From positions 1,647-65,646 of the forward strand of contig CAYXAK010000001.1 in NCBI GenBank assembly GCA_964462585.1: a DNA stretch of 64,000 bases. The letters are read 5' to 3'. How positions within the stretch are numbered: the stretch's first letter is position 1; the number at the start of each line of letters is the position of its first letter. A program made the position numbers and the translations under genes. Shown piece by piece: positions 28,804-39,603 of the stretch. The stretch is from an uncultured Halanaerobiaceae bacterium. GTDB taxonomy: Bacteria; Bacillota; Halanaerobiia; Halanaerobiales; Halarsenatibacteraceae. The notes below the pieces were generated by a model. The model did no database searches. It had not been told where the DNA came from and worked only from the letters and a program-made list of their open reading frames with translations.

Positions 28804-30608
28804 CTTTCCACCCTCTTCTTAAGCTCTTCCAGACCCAGACTGATCACGATCGGCCTCTTATGGGGGCAGTGATAGGGGTTTGAAGTCTGAAATAGCTTTT
28901 CACATATACTCTTCATCTCCTCAAACTCCAGATGCTCACCTTCTGTCACTGCTTTCTGGCAGGAGACATTCTTTAGCATCTCCTCCTGCAGCTCCTCCGC
29001 TTCCGGACTTTTATAATCATCCATAATCTGATAGATCAGATCTTCGGCCGCTTCTGTATCATCTCCCGCGAGAAAGGAGGGAACGGCGGTGAGAGCATAA
29101 CTTGACGGGCCAAATTCCTCTATGATAAAGCCCTGGGATCGGAGATCATCCCTTATATCATTGAGAAGCTCTCTTTCCCGGGGCGGCAGTTCCAGGTTGA
29201 TCGGTGTGAGCAGCATGCTGCTCTCCACCTCATCGTCTTTTAGCTTCTCCTTCAATTTATCATAAATTACCCTCTCGTGGGCATTATGCTGATCTATGAT
29301 ATAAAGGCGGTCTTCGCCCTGATAGAGTATGAAGAGGTTGTGCAGCTGACCTATAACCCCGGGCTGAAAACTGGTTGGGCTCTCAGATGCTTCAGTTTCA
29401 GTCTCAGCCTCTTTTTCTTCTGCCTCCCGGCTCCGATCTGATTGAGACCTTTCCGCTCTCTCCGGGACCAGCTCTCTTTGTTTTCCTATATTCTCACTGA
29501 CTTCACCATTAAAGGCAAATGATTGTCTGCTGTAGCTACTGGAAGAGGAAGCACTCTCACTTTCTTTACAGGCCTTGCCGCCGGCAGAAGAAGTTTTTTC
29601 CAGCCGCTGGGAGCTGTCGGCATCTTTCAGCACCTCGCCGATCTCTTCGGCCAGAAATTTTTCTATCTCCTGTCCGCGGCTGAATTTAATTCTCTTTTTG
29701 CTGGGATGAACATTGACATCGACCATGATGGGATTTATCTCCAGACTCAAAAATATCAGAGGATACCTGCTGTCGGGCAGAAATTTGCTGTAGGACTTTT
29801 CCACGCCCCTGTGCAGATGCTGATTTTTCACGGGACGCTGATTTACGAAGAAAAATTCATGCTGGCGCGATGAGCGGCTTATAAGAGGGCTGCCAATAAA
29901 GCCTTTTAATCTGAGATATTCTCTGCTGGTATCTATCGGCAGCAGATTATCATGGATCTTTTCCCCATAGAGGCTGTAAATGGTCGATTTAAGGCTGCCG
30001 TTACCGGGGGTATTGAGGCTTTGATTATCATTGTGTAATAGGGAGAAGCTGATCCGGGGCCGGGCCAGTGCTGCAGAGGTCACCAGTTTACTGACCATGG
30101 CCGCTTCTGTGGAGGCTTTTTTCATATGTTTATAGCGGGCAGGCGTGTTAAAGAAGATCTCCTCCACGGTGATCTCCGCTCCAGGGGGCAGTCCGGCCGT
30201 CTTTTTTTCCATTATCTCTCCGCCCTCAATCCTCAGGACACTGCCCTTATTTTCATCTTTATGGCGGGATTTAACCGTCAATTTTGAGACTGCCGCAATG
30301 CTGGCCAGAGCCTCGCCGCGAAACCCCAGTGTGGTAACAGAGTAGATATCCTCCACACTCTCTATTTTGCTGGTGGTATAGCGGTGAAAAGCCTTTTCTA
30401 TCTGGCTGGAGGGAAATCCCCTGCCATCATCCTTTACCCTGATTAAATCCCTGCCTCCGGCTTTTAACTCTATCTCTATATTTTCGGCGCCGGCATCTAC
30501 AGAATTTTCCACCAGTTCTTTCACAGCCGATGCAGGTCTCTCGATAACTTCACCGGCTGAAATCTGGTTGCAGACTTTTTTGGAAAGCTTTTTTATTTCT
30601 CCATTCAC
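28800..30608 (-). CDS. mutL: DNA mismatch repair endonuclease MutL
   Basis: AGEVIERPAS, GFRGEALASI, DVNVHPSK, DQHNAHER, CPHKRP. Confidence 0.97.
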   Translation of the reverse strand: MNGEIKKLSKKVCNQISAGEVIERPASAVKELVENSVDAGAENIEIELKAGGRDLIRVKDDGRGFPSSQIEKAFHRYTTSKIESVEDIYSVTTLGFRGEALASIAAVSKLTVKSRHKDENKGSVLRIEGGEIMEKKTAGLPPGAEITVEEIFFNTPARYKHMKKASTEAAMVSKLVTSAALARPRISFSLLHNDNQSLNTPGNGSLKSTIYSLYGEKIHDNLLPIDTSREYLRLKGFIGSPLISRSSRQHEFFFVNQRPVKNQHLHRGVEKSYSKFLPDSRYPLIFLSLEINPIMVDVNVHPSKKRIKFSRGQEIEKFLAEEIGEVLKDADSSQRLEKTSSAGGKACKESESASSSSSYSRQSFAFNGEVSENIGKQRELVPERAERSQSDRSREAEEKEAETETEASESPTSFQPGVIGQLHNLFILYQGEDRLYIIDQHNAHERVIYDKLKEKLKDDEVESSMLLTPINLELPPRERELLNDIRDDLRSQGFIIEEFGPSSYALTAVPSFLAGDDTEAAEDLIYQIMDDYKSPEAEELQEEMLKNVSCQKAVTEGEHLEFEEMKSICEKLFQTSNPYHCPHKRPIVISLGLEELKKRVER

Positions 30609-30625
30609 CCGACTTCCCTCCCCAT

Positions 30626-33262
30626 CTATCTATCACCGAGCACTTCCTGTTTTAGATTGTGTAAAATTTCCAGGGCCTTTAGTGGTGTGGTATCGTTGAT
30701 ATCTATAGTTTCTATCCTGTTGATGATCTCCTCATAATCATTATTATCATCAGCTCCATCCAGTGAGAAAAACTGCATCTGGGGAGCCTGAGCCTCATCT
30801 TCCTCATCTCCATTTCTGAAGCTGCTCATGGAAACAGAGGAGTATTCCTGCTTCTGTTCCAGCCTTGTGAGCATATTCCTGGCTTCAGAGATAATATCCT
30901 GAGGCAGTCCGGCCAGCTTTGCCACCTCTATCCCATAGCTCTCCTCGGCCGAACCGGGTTCGATCTGATAGAGAAAATCTATATCATTTTCCTTTTCCTC
31001 TACAACAACATTCAGATTTTTCACACCTTCTTCATTTCTGGCCAGCTCTGTCAATTCGTGATAATGAGTGGCAAAGAGCGTGCGGGCTCCGATCCTGTCC
31101 GGATCATTGATATATTTGCTCACAGCCCAGGCTATGCTTAAACCATCATAGGTGCTTGTGCCCCTGCCAACTTCATCCAGTATTATGAGACTTCTATCTG
31201 TGGCATTGTTAACTATATTGCTGACCTCATTCATCTCCACCATGAAAGTGCTCTGACCGGTGGATAGATCGTCACTGGCCCCCACTCTGGTGAAAATTCT
31301 ATCCACAATTCCTATCCTGGCGGCATCTGCCGGCACAAAGGAGCCTATCTGAGCCATGAGCGTGATCAAAGCCACCTGGCGCAGATATGTCGATTTACCC
31401 GACATATTGGGACCGGTTATGATCAAAAATCTGTTGTTCTCGCGATCCAGTGTGGTGTGGTTGGGGACAAAATCCACATCGACCATCTCCTCCACCACCG
31501 GATGACGGCCCCGGGTGATGGAGATGAGATCATCGTTTTTGATCTCAGGGCGGCAGTAATCGTTTTCGATGGCCACCATTGCCAGCGATAACAGGCTATC
31601 CAGGCGTGCCACCTGCCTGGCCGTTTTCTTCAGTTCATTTAAATTGCGGCGGGCTGCTTCCCTCAGCTCACAGAATATTTCATATTCCAGGTCATTTATC
31701 TTCTCTTCTGCGCCCAGAACAGCCGCTTCTTTTTCCTTCAATTCAGGAATTATATATCTCTCGCTGTTGCTGAGCGTCTGCTTTCTCGTATAATCTTCCG
31801 GGACTTTGTCCAGGTTGGCGTTGGTAACCTCAATATAATAGCCGAAGACCTTGTTAAATCCCACCTTAAGTGAATCTATGCCGGTTCTCTTTCTCTCCTG
31901 GGGCTGCAGGCGGGCAATCCAGTCTTTTGCCTCCTGGCGATTCTGTCTGAGCTCATCGAGCTCCTCGTTAAAACCTTCCTTGATAAGCCCGCCCTCTTTG
32001 GGAGAATGTGGCGGTTCTTCTACAAGGGCTTCCTCCAGTTTATCCTTCAAACCTTCCATATTGTCCATATTCTCCTGGAGTGAGCTTAAGTATCTGCAGT
32101 TATATTTATCAAGAGCTTCTCTTATACGGGGAATGAGCTTAAGCGAGGTCCTTAAAGCTCCCATATCCCGGGGGTTTATTGATTCGTAGCTGATCTTACT
32201 CTGCAGCCTCTCCAGATCATATACCTGGCTCAATAGGTCTCTGAGCTTATCAGAGCCCACATAATCATCGAGCAGTTCATCTACAGCCTCATGTCTTTTT
32301 CTTATCTCCTCTACATCCAGAAGGGGCTGATTAATCCACCTGCGCAGACACCTGGCCCCCATAGAAGTGACGGTCTGATCCAGCACCGACATAAGTGACC
32401 CGGATTTCTTTTTATCCCTGATGGTCTCTGTCAGCTCTAAATTTCTGCGCGTGGCAGCATCGAGCACCATATAATCGTGAACATAATAGGGAGAAAGAGA
32501 GGTTATATGATCGAGAGCTTTTTTCTGGGTTTCTCTGGCATAACTTATGACCTCGGCCGCAGCTTCAAGACCAGCCTTTAAATCCTCACAGCCGTAAGCC
32601 TGGAGGGAGTTTATTTCGAAAAATTCTTTCAGACTGGCCTCAGCCTCATCAGCGGAAAATGATTCGGGAGAGGAGTAGTGAAAATCCCTGTTCTTGGCAA
32701 ACTTCTCCCACCTGTCACACACTCTCATCTTTTCGGGCATTATGAGCTCACTGGGCTGTAATCTGTCTATCTCGTCGAATATTGTGGCGAAATTATCGAC
32801 TTCGGTAACGGCAAATTCCCCTGTGGATATATCCAGAAAGGAAAATCCAAAGCTTTTGTCCTTCTCTATGATAGCAGCCAGATAATTATTCTTGTGATCC
32901 GGCAGCATTTCATCCTCTATTACGGTTCCGGGAGTGATTACTCTGATAACCTCTCTATCGACCAGGCCGGAAGTTTCGGAGGCATCCTCCATCTGTTCAC
33001 AGATGGCAACTTTATGGCCTTTTTCAATAAGAGTAGCGATATAGGAGGCGGCAGAGTGGGCCGGAACTCCTGCCATCGGTATATCCCTGTCTCCCCCCTT
33101 GTTGCGTGAGGTCAGGGCTATATCTAAAAGCCTGGCTGCAGTTTTGGCATCATCTTCAAATACCTCGTAAAAATCTCCAAGCCGGAAAAAAAGAATGCAT
33201 TCTTCATATCTGTTTTTCATCGTCTTATACTGTTTCATCATGGGGGTTAGCTCTTCTGACAT
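30626..33262 (-). CDS. mutS: DNA mismatch repair protein MutS
   Basis: TPMMKQY, FFRLGDFYE, TGPNMSGKST, STFMVEM, DEVGRGTST, FATHYHEL. Confidence 0.98.
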   Translation of the reverse strand: MSEELTPMMKQYKTMKNRYEECILFFRLGDFYEVFEDDAKTAARLLDIALTSRNKGGDRDIPMAGVPAHSAASYIATLIEKGHKVAICEQMEDASETSGLVDREVIRVITPGTVIEDEMLPDHKNNYLAAIIEKDKSFGFSFLDISTGEFAVTEVDNFATIFDEIDRLQPSELIMPEKMRVCDRWEKFAKNRDFHYSSPESFSADEAEASLKEFFEINSLQAYGCEDLKAGLEAAAEVISYARETQKKALDHITSLSPYYVHDYMVLDAATRRNLELTETIRDKKKSGSLMSVLDQTVTSMGARCLRRWINQPLLDVEEIRKRHEAVDELLDDYVGSDKLRDLLSQVYDLERLQSKISYESINPRDMGALRTSLKLIPRIREALDKYNCRYLSSLQENMDNMEGLKDKLEEALVEEPPHSPKEGGLIKEGFNEELDELRQNRQEAKDWIARLQPQERKRTGIDSLKVGFNKVFGYYIEVTNANLDKVPEDYTRKQTLSNSERYIIPELKEKEAAVLGAEEKINDLEYEIFCELREAARRNLNELKKTARQVARLDSLLSLAMVAIENDYCRPEIKNDDLISITRGRHPVVEEMVDVDFVPNHTTLDRENNRFLIITGPNMSGKSTYLRQVALITLMAQIGSFVPADAARIGIVDRIFTRVGASDDLSTGQSTFMVEMNEVSNIVNNATDRSLIILDEVGRGTSTYDGLSIAWAVSKYINDPDRIGARTLFATHYHELTELARNEEGVKNLNVVVEEKENDIDFLYQIEPGSAEESYGIEVAKLAGLPQDIISEARNMLTRLEQKQEYSSVSMSSFRNGDEEDEAQAPQMQFFSLDGADDNNDYEEIINRIETIDINDTTPLKALEILHNLKQEVLGDR

Positions 33263-33273
33263 AACTGCCCTCC

Positions 33274-34602
33274 TCAGTCCAGCAGTTCACCGTATAATGT
33301 CCAGCTGCCTGCCTCGGTTATCTTCACCGGCACGATTTTCCCCTGCAGTTCAGGCCGGGCAGGTATGATTACCAGCTTATTTGTGGCGGTGTAACCGCTG
33401 AATGTATCAGGATTGTTTTTGCTCTCTCCCTCCACCAGCACTTCCACTACCTCATCTATAAGCTTTTCATTCTGTTCTCTGCTTATCTCATTCTGGACAT
33501 CCATAAGTCTCTGCAGCCTCTCATTCTTGATCTCAGAATCAACTTTGTCTTCCATCTTTTCAGCGGCTGTACCGGGCCTTGTGGAGTAAGAAAAGGTAAA
33601 AGCCATATCGAATCTGCATCTTCGCACAAGATCGAGTGTCTGCTGAAAATCCTCCTCAGTCTCACCGGGAAAACCGACGATGATATCGGAAGTTATAGCT
33701 GCCTTCTCGTCATCGGCGCGGATTTTTTCTACGAGCTTCAGGTATTCATCGCGGGTATAGCCCCTGTTCATCCTCTGCAGGATTTTGGTGCTGCCTGATT
33801 GAACCGGCAGATGATAATGGGAGCAGATGCTGTCATTATCCCTCACAACATCGATTATGCCCTGGTGAAAATCCCGGGGATGAGATGTCATAAATCTAAT
33901 TCTCTTTAGATCTTTTATTCCTGCCAGTTTTTCCAGCAGGCCGGCAAATGAAGTGCTGCTGTTCAGATCCTGTCCATAAGCATTCACATTCTGACCCAGC
34001 AGTGTGATCTCCTTAACTCCATCTTTGACAAGGTTTTCAACCTCAGAAATAATATCAGCCTCGCTTCTGCTGCGTTCGGGGCCTCTCACATGTGGTACCA
34101 CACAGTAGCTGCAGTAATTATCGCAGCCCCTGACTATGGTAACCCAGGCCTGAAAATTATTTTTTCTCTTAACAGGTGTGTCGGGATCGGGTTCCTGCGG
34201 TTCATCCCAGACCTCTACGATCTGCTCCCTGCCGCTTTTTATCTCTTCGATCAGGGCTGGAATTCTGTGGCGGTTATGAGTGCCAAATATTATATCTACC
34301 TGGGGGTGTTTTTCATAGAGACGGTCTGCGGGCTCATCCTTCTGCATCATGCAGCCGCCCACAGCCAGAATCATATCCGGGTTATTCTCTTTAAGCTTCT
34401 TCAAAGCTCCAACTTTTCCATATACTGTAAGCTCAGCATTTTCCCGGACCAGACATGTATTTATAACCACTATATCAGCATTCTCTGCTTCTTCAGTCGG
34501 TTCATAGCCCATATCCTGCAGCTGACCTGATATTTTTTCCGAATCATGCTCATTCATCTGACAGCCGTAGGTTATGATATGATATTTCTCACTGGCCTCC
34601 AT
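33274..34602 (-). CDS. miaB: tRNA-2-methylthio-N6-dimethylallyladenosine synthase
   Basis: TYGCQMNEHDSE, GCDNYCSYCVVP, DIIVGFPGET, C-terminal TRAM domain. Confidence 0.96.
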   Translation of the reverse strand: MEASEKYHIITYGCQMNEHDSEKISGQLQDMGYEPTEEAENADIVVINTCLVRENAELTVYGKVGALKKLKENNPDMILAVGGCMMQKDEPADRLYEKHPQVDIIFGTHNRHRIPALIEEIKSGREQIVEVWDEPQEPDPDTPVKRKNNFQAWVTIVRGCDNYCSYCVVPHVRGPERSRSEADIISEVENLVKDGVKEITLLGQNVNAYGQDLNSSTSFAGLLEKLAGIKDLKRIRFMTSHPRDFHQGIIDVVRDNDSICSHYHLPVQSGSTKILQRMNRGYTRDEYLKLVEKIRADDEKAAITSDIIVGFPGETEEDFQQTLDLVRRCRFDMAFTFSYSTRPGTAAEKMEDKVDSEIKNERLQRLMDVQNEISREQNEKLIDEVVEVLVEGESKNNPDTFSGYTATNKLVIIPARPELQGKIVPVKITEAGSWTLYGELLD

Positions 34603-34675
34603 CGGCTAAATCACCTCAAAAATGTCCCTGTCTATTTCTAACATTGTATTATATTCTGGTCATAAAATCAATTGA

Positions 34676-34698
34676 GCCAGGGCCGAAAAGGCCCTGGC
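34676..34698. terminator. GC-rich hairpin downstream of rubredoxin, probable terminator
   Basis: GCCAGGGCC-gaaaa-GGCCCTGGC perfect 9-bp stem; weak U-tract. Confidence 0.55.
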
Positions 34699-34747
34699 CG
34701 CAAATCAGTCAGAGAATAACACTCACTTTTAAGTAATTTAGGAGATA

Positions 34748-34918
34748 TTAATAGGGTTCAAAGAGATCTTTGCCCACTCCGCATTCGGGACAGACCCACT
34801 GCTCCGGTACATCTTCAAAAGGAGTGCCAGGCTCTACTTCAACACCACCGCCACCTTCCGGATCACCTTCTTCAGGATCATAGATATACATGCAGACAGT
34901 GCACTGATACTTTTGCAA
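34748..34918 (-). CDS. Rubredoxin (56 aa, absent from the ORF track)
   Basis: Manual translation [59 protein letters not shown] start after AAAGGAGG. Confidence 0.95.
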   Translation of the reverse strand: MQKYQCTVCMYIYDPEEGDPEGGGGVEVEPGTPFEDVPEQWVCPECGVGKDLFEPY

Positions 34919-35020
34919 AACTGATTCCTCCTTTCCTCATTGTGTGGAAATTTTGCTGGCCTTTCTATTTATGAATCAATTATATCACACTGGTAAAATT
35001 CTTCCAACTCAAATCCACCC

Positions 35021-36934
35021 TTAAACATCGAGTTCATCGACTCTATCAGCATTATTGAGTATGAATTCACGCCTGAGCGATGTATCTCTACCCATGAGCC
35101 GGGTGAAGAGCTTATCGGCTTCGAAAGCATCCTCGATTTCTACCCGCATCAGACGCCTGTTGTCGGGATTCATGGTTGTACTCCAGAGCTGTTCCGGATT
35201 CATCTCTCCCAGGCCTTTGTATCTCTGCAGCGAGAAATTGGTCTCACCATTATTTTCTCTGTACTGCTGCAGCTCCCTGTCATCATAGAGATATTCTTTT
35301 TTGGGGCCGGCTTTGGCCTGGTAGAGCGGAGGCCGGGCCAGATAAACATGGCCTCTTTCCACGATCTTTCTCATATAGCGGTAAAAGAGTGTGAGGATGA
35401 GTGTTTCGATATGGGCTCCATCCACATCGGCATCTGTCATGATTATTATCTTATGATAGCGCAGATTGGAGATATCGAACTCCTCTCCTATACCTGTGCC
35501 CAGCGATTTGATTATGGCCACAACCTCATCATTGCTGAGTATCTTCTCCATGCGGGCCCGCTCAACATTTAATATTTTACCTTTCAGGGGCAGTATGGCC
35601 TGAAATTCACGGTTTCTGCCCTGTTTTGCCGAACCTCCGGCAGAATCGCCCTCCACCAGAAAAAGCTCGCTCTTCTCCGGTGTCCTGCTGGAACAGTCAG
35701 CCAGCTTGACAGGCAGATTCTGACTGCCCACAGCTTCCTTCTTTTTATTGAGCTCTCTTGCCTTTTTAGAGGCCTGGCGGGCTCTCACGGCAGCCAGAGC
35801 TTTATCTACAATCTTTTTTCCAATCTCGTATTGATAGGATAATAATTCCGTCATATATTCATAGACGGCGGATTCAATCTGGCTTTTTATGTTGCTGTTG
35901 CCAAGTTTGTTTTTGGTCTGGCCTTCGAACTGCGGTTCGGCCAGTCTGACGCTGATTACAGCGGTAAGCCCCTCCCTGATATCCCCGCCCTTGAGAGAGG
36001 GATCGCTTTTGTTCAGGAGGTTATTCTCCTCTGCAAAATTATTTACAGCTCTGGTCAGAGCTGTCTTGAAGCCGGTTACGTGATATCCGCCCTCATCTGT
36101 CTTGATATTATTTGCATAGCTGTAGATGCGGGTGGCATATGTATCATTGTACTGCAGAGCCATCTCCAGCGAACAGTCCTCAAGCTCCTCCTCAAAATAT
36201 ATAATATCCTGATGAAGTTCATCATGGTGCTGATTTAAAAACTCGACGAACTGCTTCAATCCACCTGCGGCTGAGAATTCATCCTCTTTTTTCTCCTCTT
36301 CTCGCAGATCGCGGAGATGAAGTGTTAGATCGCTGTTCAGATAGGCTGATTCCTTCAGCCTGCTGGCCAGAGTCTCATATCGAAACTCGGTGGTGGTAAA
36401 GATCTCATCATCGGGCATAAATGTTATATCTGTTCCTGTCTGTTCACAGCTCTCTATCTCCTCAACCTCGCTCACAGCTTCACCCCGTTCATAGCGCTGC
36501 CGGTATCTATTTCCCTGCCAGCAGGTTTCAATCAAAAGCCAGGCGGAAAGAGCGTTAACGACGGATACACCCACTCCGTGCAGGCCGCCGGAGAAAGTAT
36601 AGCTCTGATTGTTGAATTTGCCTCCGGCATGGAGATTGGTCATGATTACCTCCAGTGCCGGCCGATCCGTATCGCGATAATCATCGACGGGAATGCCGCG
36701 GCCGCTGTCGCTGACAGTAACACTGCCATCCTCATTTATAGTCACTTCAACCTCACTGCCAAAACCGGCAAGGTGCTCGTCTATACTGTTATCGACTACT
36801 TCCCAGACCAGATGATGTAGACCTTTTGTGCCGGTGCTGCCGATATACATACCCGGCCTCTTTCTGACCGCAGATAGACCTTCCAGCACTTCTATGTTAT
36901 CAGAATTGTAATCTGTTTTTATCTGACTGCTCAT
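35021..36934 (-). CDS. Type IIA topoisomerase subunit B (GyrB/ParE family, probably topoisomerase IV)
   Basis: VLEGLSAVRKRPGMYIG, LHAGGKF, EGDSAGG, PLKGK, MTDADVDGAHI, RYKGLGEMNP. Confidence 0.93.
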   Translation of the reverse strand: MSSQIKTDYNSDNIEVLEGLSAVRKRPGMYIGSTGTKGLHHLVWEVVDNSIDEHLAGFGSEVEVTINEDGSVTVSDSGRGIPVDDYRDTDRPALEVIMTNLHAGGKFNNQSYTFSGGLHGVGVSVVNALSAWLLIETCWQGNRYRQRYERGEAVSEVEEIESCEQTGTDITFMPDDEIFTTTEFRYETLASRLKESAYLNSDLTLHLRDLREEEKKEDEFSAAGGLKQFVEFLNQHHDELHQDIIYFEEELEDCSLEMALQYNDTYATRIYSYANNIKTDEGGYHVTGFKTALTRAVNNFAEENNLLNKSDPSLKGGDIREGLTAVISVRLAEPQFEGQTKNKLGNSNIKSQIESAVYEYMTELLSYQYEIGKKIVDKALAAVRARQASKKARELNKKKEAVGSQNLPVKLADCSSRTPEKSELFLVEGDSAGGSAKQGRNREFQAILPLKGKILNVERARMEKILSNDEVVAIIKSLGTGIGEEFDISNLRYHKIIIMTDADVDGAHIETLILTLFYRYMRKIVERGHVYLARPPLYQAKAGPKKEYLYDDRELQQYRENNGETNFSLQRYKGLGEMNPEQLWSTTMNPDNRRLMRVEIEDAFEADKLFTRLMGRDTSLRREFILNNADRVDELDV

Positions 36935-37022
36935 ATATTTCACCTGTCCTTTCTTGCTATCACTGCTGATATTTCTGCAGATTTTATTCCGTATCCGGCT
37001 GTGAGCCTAATATCCACATAAC

Positions 37023-37084
37023 AGTATATCAAATATACATAAGTTTGGCCAATCTTGCATTGGAGCTGGAGAGTATAGTATAAT
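37023..37084. promoter_or_regulatory. Back-to-back divergent SigA-like promoters for the topoisomerase B and A genes
   Basis: - strand: TTGGCC(37052-37047)-18 nt-TATACT with TG extended -10; + strand: TTGCAT(37055-37060)-18 nt-TATAAT(37079-37084). Confidence 0.5.
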
Positions 37085-37143
37085 GAGGAATGTTGAGCAT
37101 TGATAGGATCATACATATCACAAGAGGTGAGGAGCCAAAAATC

Positions 37144-39534
37144 ATGAGCGAAAAGATAAAACCAATTTCCATTGAAGATAAAATGAAAGACGCCTATCTC
37201 AGCTATTCACTCAGCGTCATTGTGAGCAGGGCACTGCCGGATGTTAGAGATGGTTTAAAACCCGTTCACCGCCGTATTCTTTACGGCTGTGATCAGCTGG
37301 GGCTGAGTTCTGATAGGCCTCACAAAAAATCAGCCCGTCTGGTCGGTGAGGTGCTGGGCAAATTTCACCCTCACGGTGATAATGCCCTCTATAAGACACT
37401 GGTGAGAATGGCTCAGCCTTTTTCCCAGCGATATCAGCTTATTGACGGTCATGGCAACTTTGGTTCTATAGATGGAGATAATGCTGCAGCCATGCGTTAT
37501 ACTGAGGCCCGTCTGACTCCCCTATCAGAGGAGATGCTGGAAGATCTGGATAAAGATACCGTGCCTTTTTCCGATAATTTCGATGGCACACTTACAGAGC
37601 CCGATGTTCTGCCCGCCGCTTTTCCCAATCTGCTCATTAACGGCTCCAGCGGCATTGCAGTGGGTATGAGCACAGATATACCGCCTCATAATCTCAGAGA
37701 GGTTATAGAGGGCACTAAGGCCCTTATGAAGGATTCTGACCTGGAGGTCGAGGACCTGCGGGAGTATATCCCCGGCCCTGACTTTCCCACCGGAGGAAAG
37801 ATAATCGGGGGAGAAAAAATCAGAAAAGCCTATCATACGGGCAGCGGCTCCGTCGTCAACAGGGGCAGCGTACATATTGAACGAAGAAATAATGGCAGAC
37901 AGCTGGTGATAACGGAAATTCCCTATCAGATAAACAAATCCAAGCTGGTGGAGGAGATTACCAAAGAGGTTAAAAAGGACAATCTGGACAAGATCTCCAC
38001 TGTCAGGGATGAGTCCGATCAGGAAGGACTCAGAGTGGTGCTGGAGCTCAAGTATGATGCCGAACCGGAGATAGTTGAGAACAGACTCTATAAATATACA
38101 TCACTGCAGAAAAGACAGCGAATAAATATGCTGGCTTTAAAAGATGAACAGCCTGAGGTCATGGATCTCAAGGAAATTCTAAAAAATTTCGTGACTTTTC
38201 GCCGGGAAGTTGTCAGAAACCGCATAGAAAATCTTCTCAAGGATGAAGAAGAAAAGCTGGAGGTATTAAAAGGTCTCAGGGCAGCCCTGGATGATCTGGA
38301 TCTAATCATTTCACTGATAAGAAACTCACGATCCCGCCAGGAAGCTTCCCGGGCTCTGCAGAAGGAGTTCGATATAACGGAAAATCAGGCTGATGCCATT
38401 CTCTCCATGCGTCTTGAGAGGCTGGTCAGGATGGAGAGGGACAATATCCAGGAAAATCTCCAGAAGACAGAAGCAAAGATTGATCGCTATCGTGAACTGC
38501 TCTCCAGTCAGGAAAAGCTGGATGAACTCATCATATCGGAGCTGGACGAAATAAAGGATAAGTATGGAGATAAGCGCAGAACTGAGATAATAAGTGATGA
38601 GGAGCAGGCGGAGATCGATAAACAGGACCTCATAAAGAGCCGCTCGGTGGTCATGAGTATCTCCGCCCGTGGCAGGATAAAGAAAACTGACAGCCGCAAA
38701 AATATAAGGGCTGCTAAAAATGACCATGTAACACAAATTATGGAGATGAACTCCCTTGACAGCCTGCTCTTTTTCACCAGAGGAGGTTACTGCTATAATT
38801 TGCCGGTTCACGAAGTTGCCGATCACCACGGTCTCTCCACAGGTGATCCCCTGACAAAATTTCTGGAAACAGCTCCCGAAGAAGAGATCATCGGCAAAAT
38901 GTCACTAAACGAGGAGGTCAGGGAAAATTACATCGCCACCTGTACAGATCAGGGCCGCGTTAAAATCACAGCAGGAAGCGAATATGAAACCTCGGTCAGC
39001 AGAATCAAAGCTATCAATCTGTCGGGGGGAGACGGGGTTGTAAGTGCCTTTCCCCTGAAAACGTCCTCTGATCTTATCCTGATCTCCAGCAGAGGCCGAA
39101 TAATTCGCTTTTCTGCAGAGGAGATATCTATTTCCGGCCGCAACACAATGGGCAGCTGGGGCATAAAATTGGAGAGCGATGATAGTCTTCAGAGAGCTTT
39201 AAGCCTGGAGGATGAGAATAATCTGGTGGTTTCAACCCCCCGGGGGCGTATGGGCAGGTTGAAGGTTGCCGGTTTAAAACGACAGAACAGATATGGCAAG
39301 GGCGGATATCTTCTGCCCCAAAAATATTCCGTCCAGGATGCGGTGCTCTGCGGTGAAGACGACACAATTGTATTGGTCGATAAAGGTGAGGAATTATATA
39401 CCGTCAAAGCCGGAGAACTGCCGGAATTTAAAAATATCCCCATCAACCGCACCAGGTCACCGCTTGAATCCCTTAAACCTCCTGTGAAGAAGCTTTTCAT
39501 TAAAAAAGAGACTTCGGGTGAAGATGAGGAGTGA
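37144..39534 (+). CDS. Type IIA topoisomerase subunit A (GyrA/ParC family, probably ParC)
   Basis: [29 protein letters not shown] catalytic Tyr; no canonical GyrA-box in the first C-terminal blade; ATG 37144 after GAGGTGAGGAG. Confidence 0.93.
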   Translation: MSEKIKPISIEDKMKDAYLSYSLSVIVSRALPDVRDGLKPVHRRILYGCDQLGLSSDRPHKKSARLVGEVLGKFHPHGDNALYKTLVRMAQPFSQRYQLIDGHGNFGSIDGDNAAAMRYTEARLTPLSEEMLEDLDKDTVPFSDNFDGTLTEPDVLPAAFPNLLINGSSGIAVGMSTDIPPHNLREVIEGTKALMKDSDLEVEDLREYIPGPDFPTGGKIIGGEKIRKAYHTGSGSVVNRGSVHIERRNNGRQLVITEIPYQINKSKLVEEITKEVKKDNLDKISTVRDESDQEGLRVVLELKYDAEPEIVENRLYKYTSLQKRQRINMLALKDEQPEVMDLKEILKNFVTFRREVVRNRIENLLKDEEEKLEVLKGLRAALDDLDLIISLIRNSRSRQEASRALQKEFDITENQADAILSMRLERLVRMERDNIQENLQKTEAKIDRYRELLSSQEKLDELIISELDEIKDKYGDKRRTEIISDEEQAEIDKQDLIKSRSVVMSISARGRIKKTDSRKNIRAAKNDHVTQIMEMNSLDSLLFFTRGGYCYNLPVHEVADHHGLSTGDPLTKFLETAPEEEIIGKMSLNEEVRENYIATCTDQGRVKITAGSEYETSVSRIKAINLSGGDGVVSAFPLKTSSDLILISSRGRIIRFSAEEISISGRNTMGSWGIKLESDDSLQRALSLEDENNLVVSTPRGRMGRLKVAGLKRQNRYGKGGYLLPQKYSVQDAVLCGEDDTIVLVDKGEELYTVKAGELPEFKNIPINRTRSPLESLKPPVKKLFIKKETSGEDEE

Positions 39535-39561
39535 GTCTGCCGTCAGACAAAGAAAACTTAT

Positions 39562-39597
39562 AGAGCGGAGCCGGGATATAACTTCCAGCTCCGCTCT
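39562..39597. terminator. Hairpin between convergent genes, probable bidirectional terminator
   Basis: AGAGCGGAGCCGGGA...TTCCAGCTCCGCTCT long stem. Confidence 0.7.
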
Positions 39598-39603
39598 GAT
39601 ATC

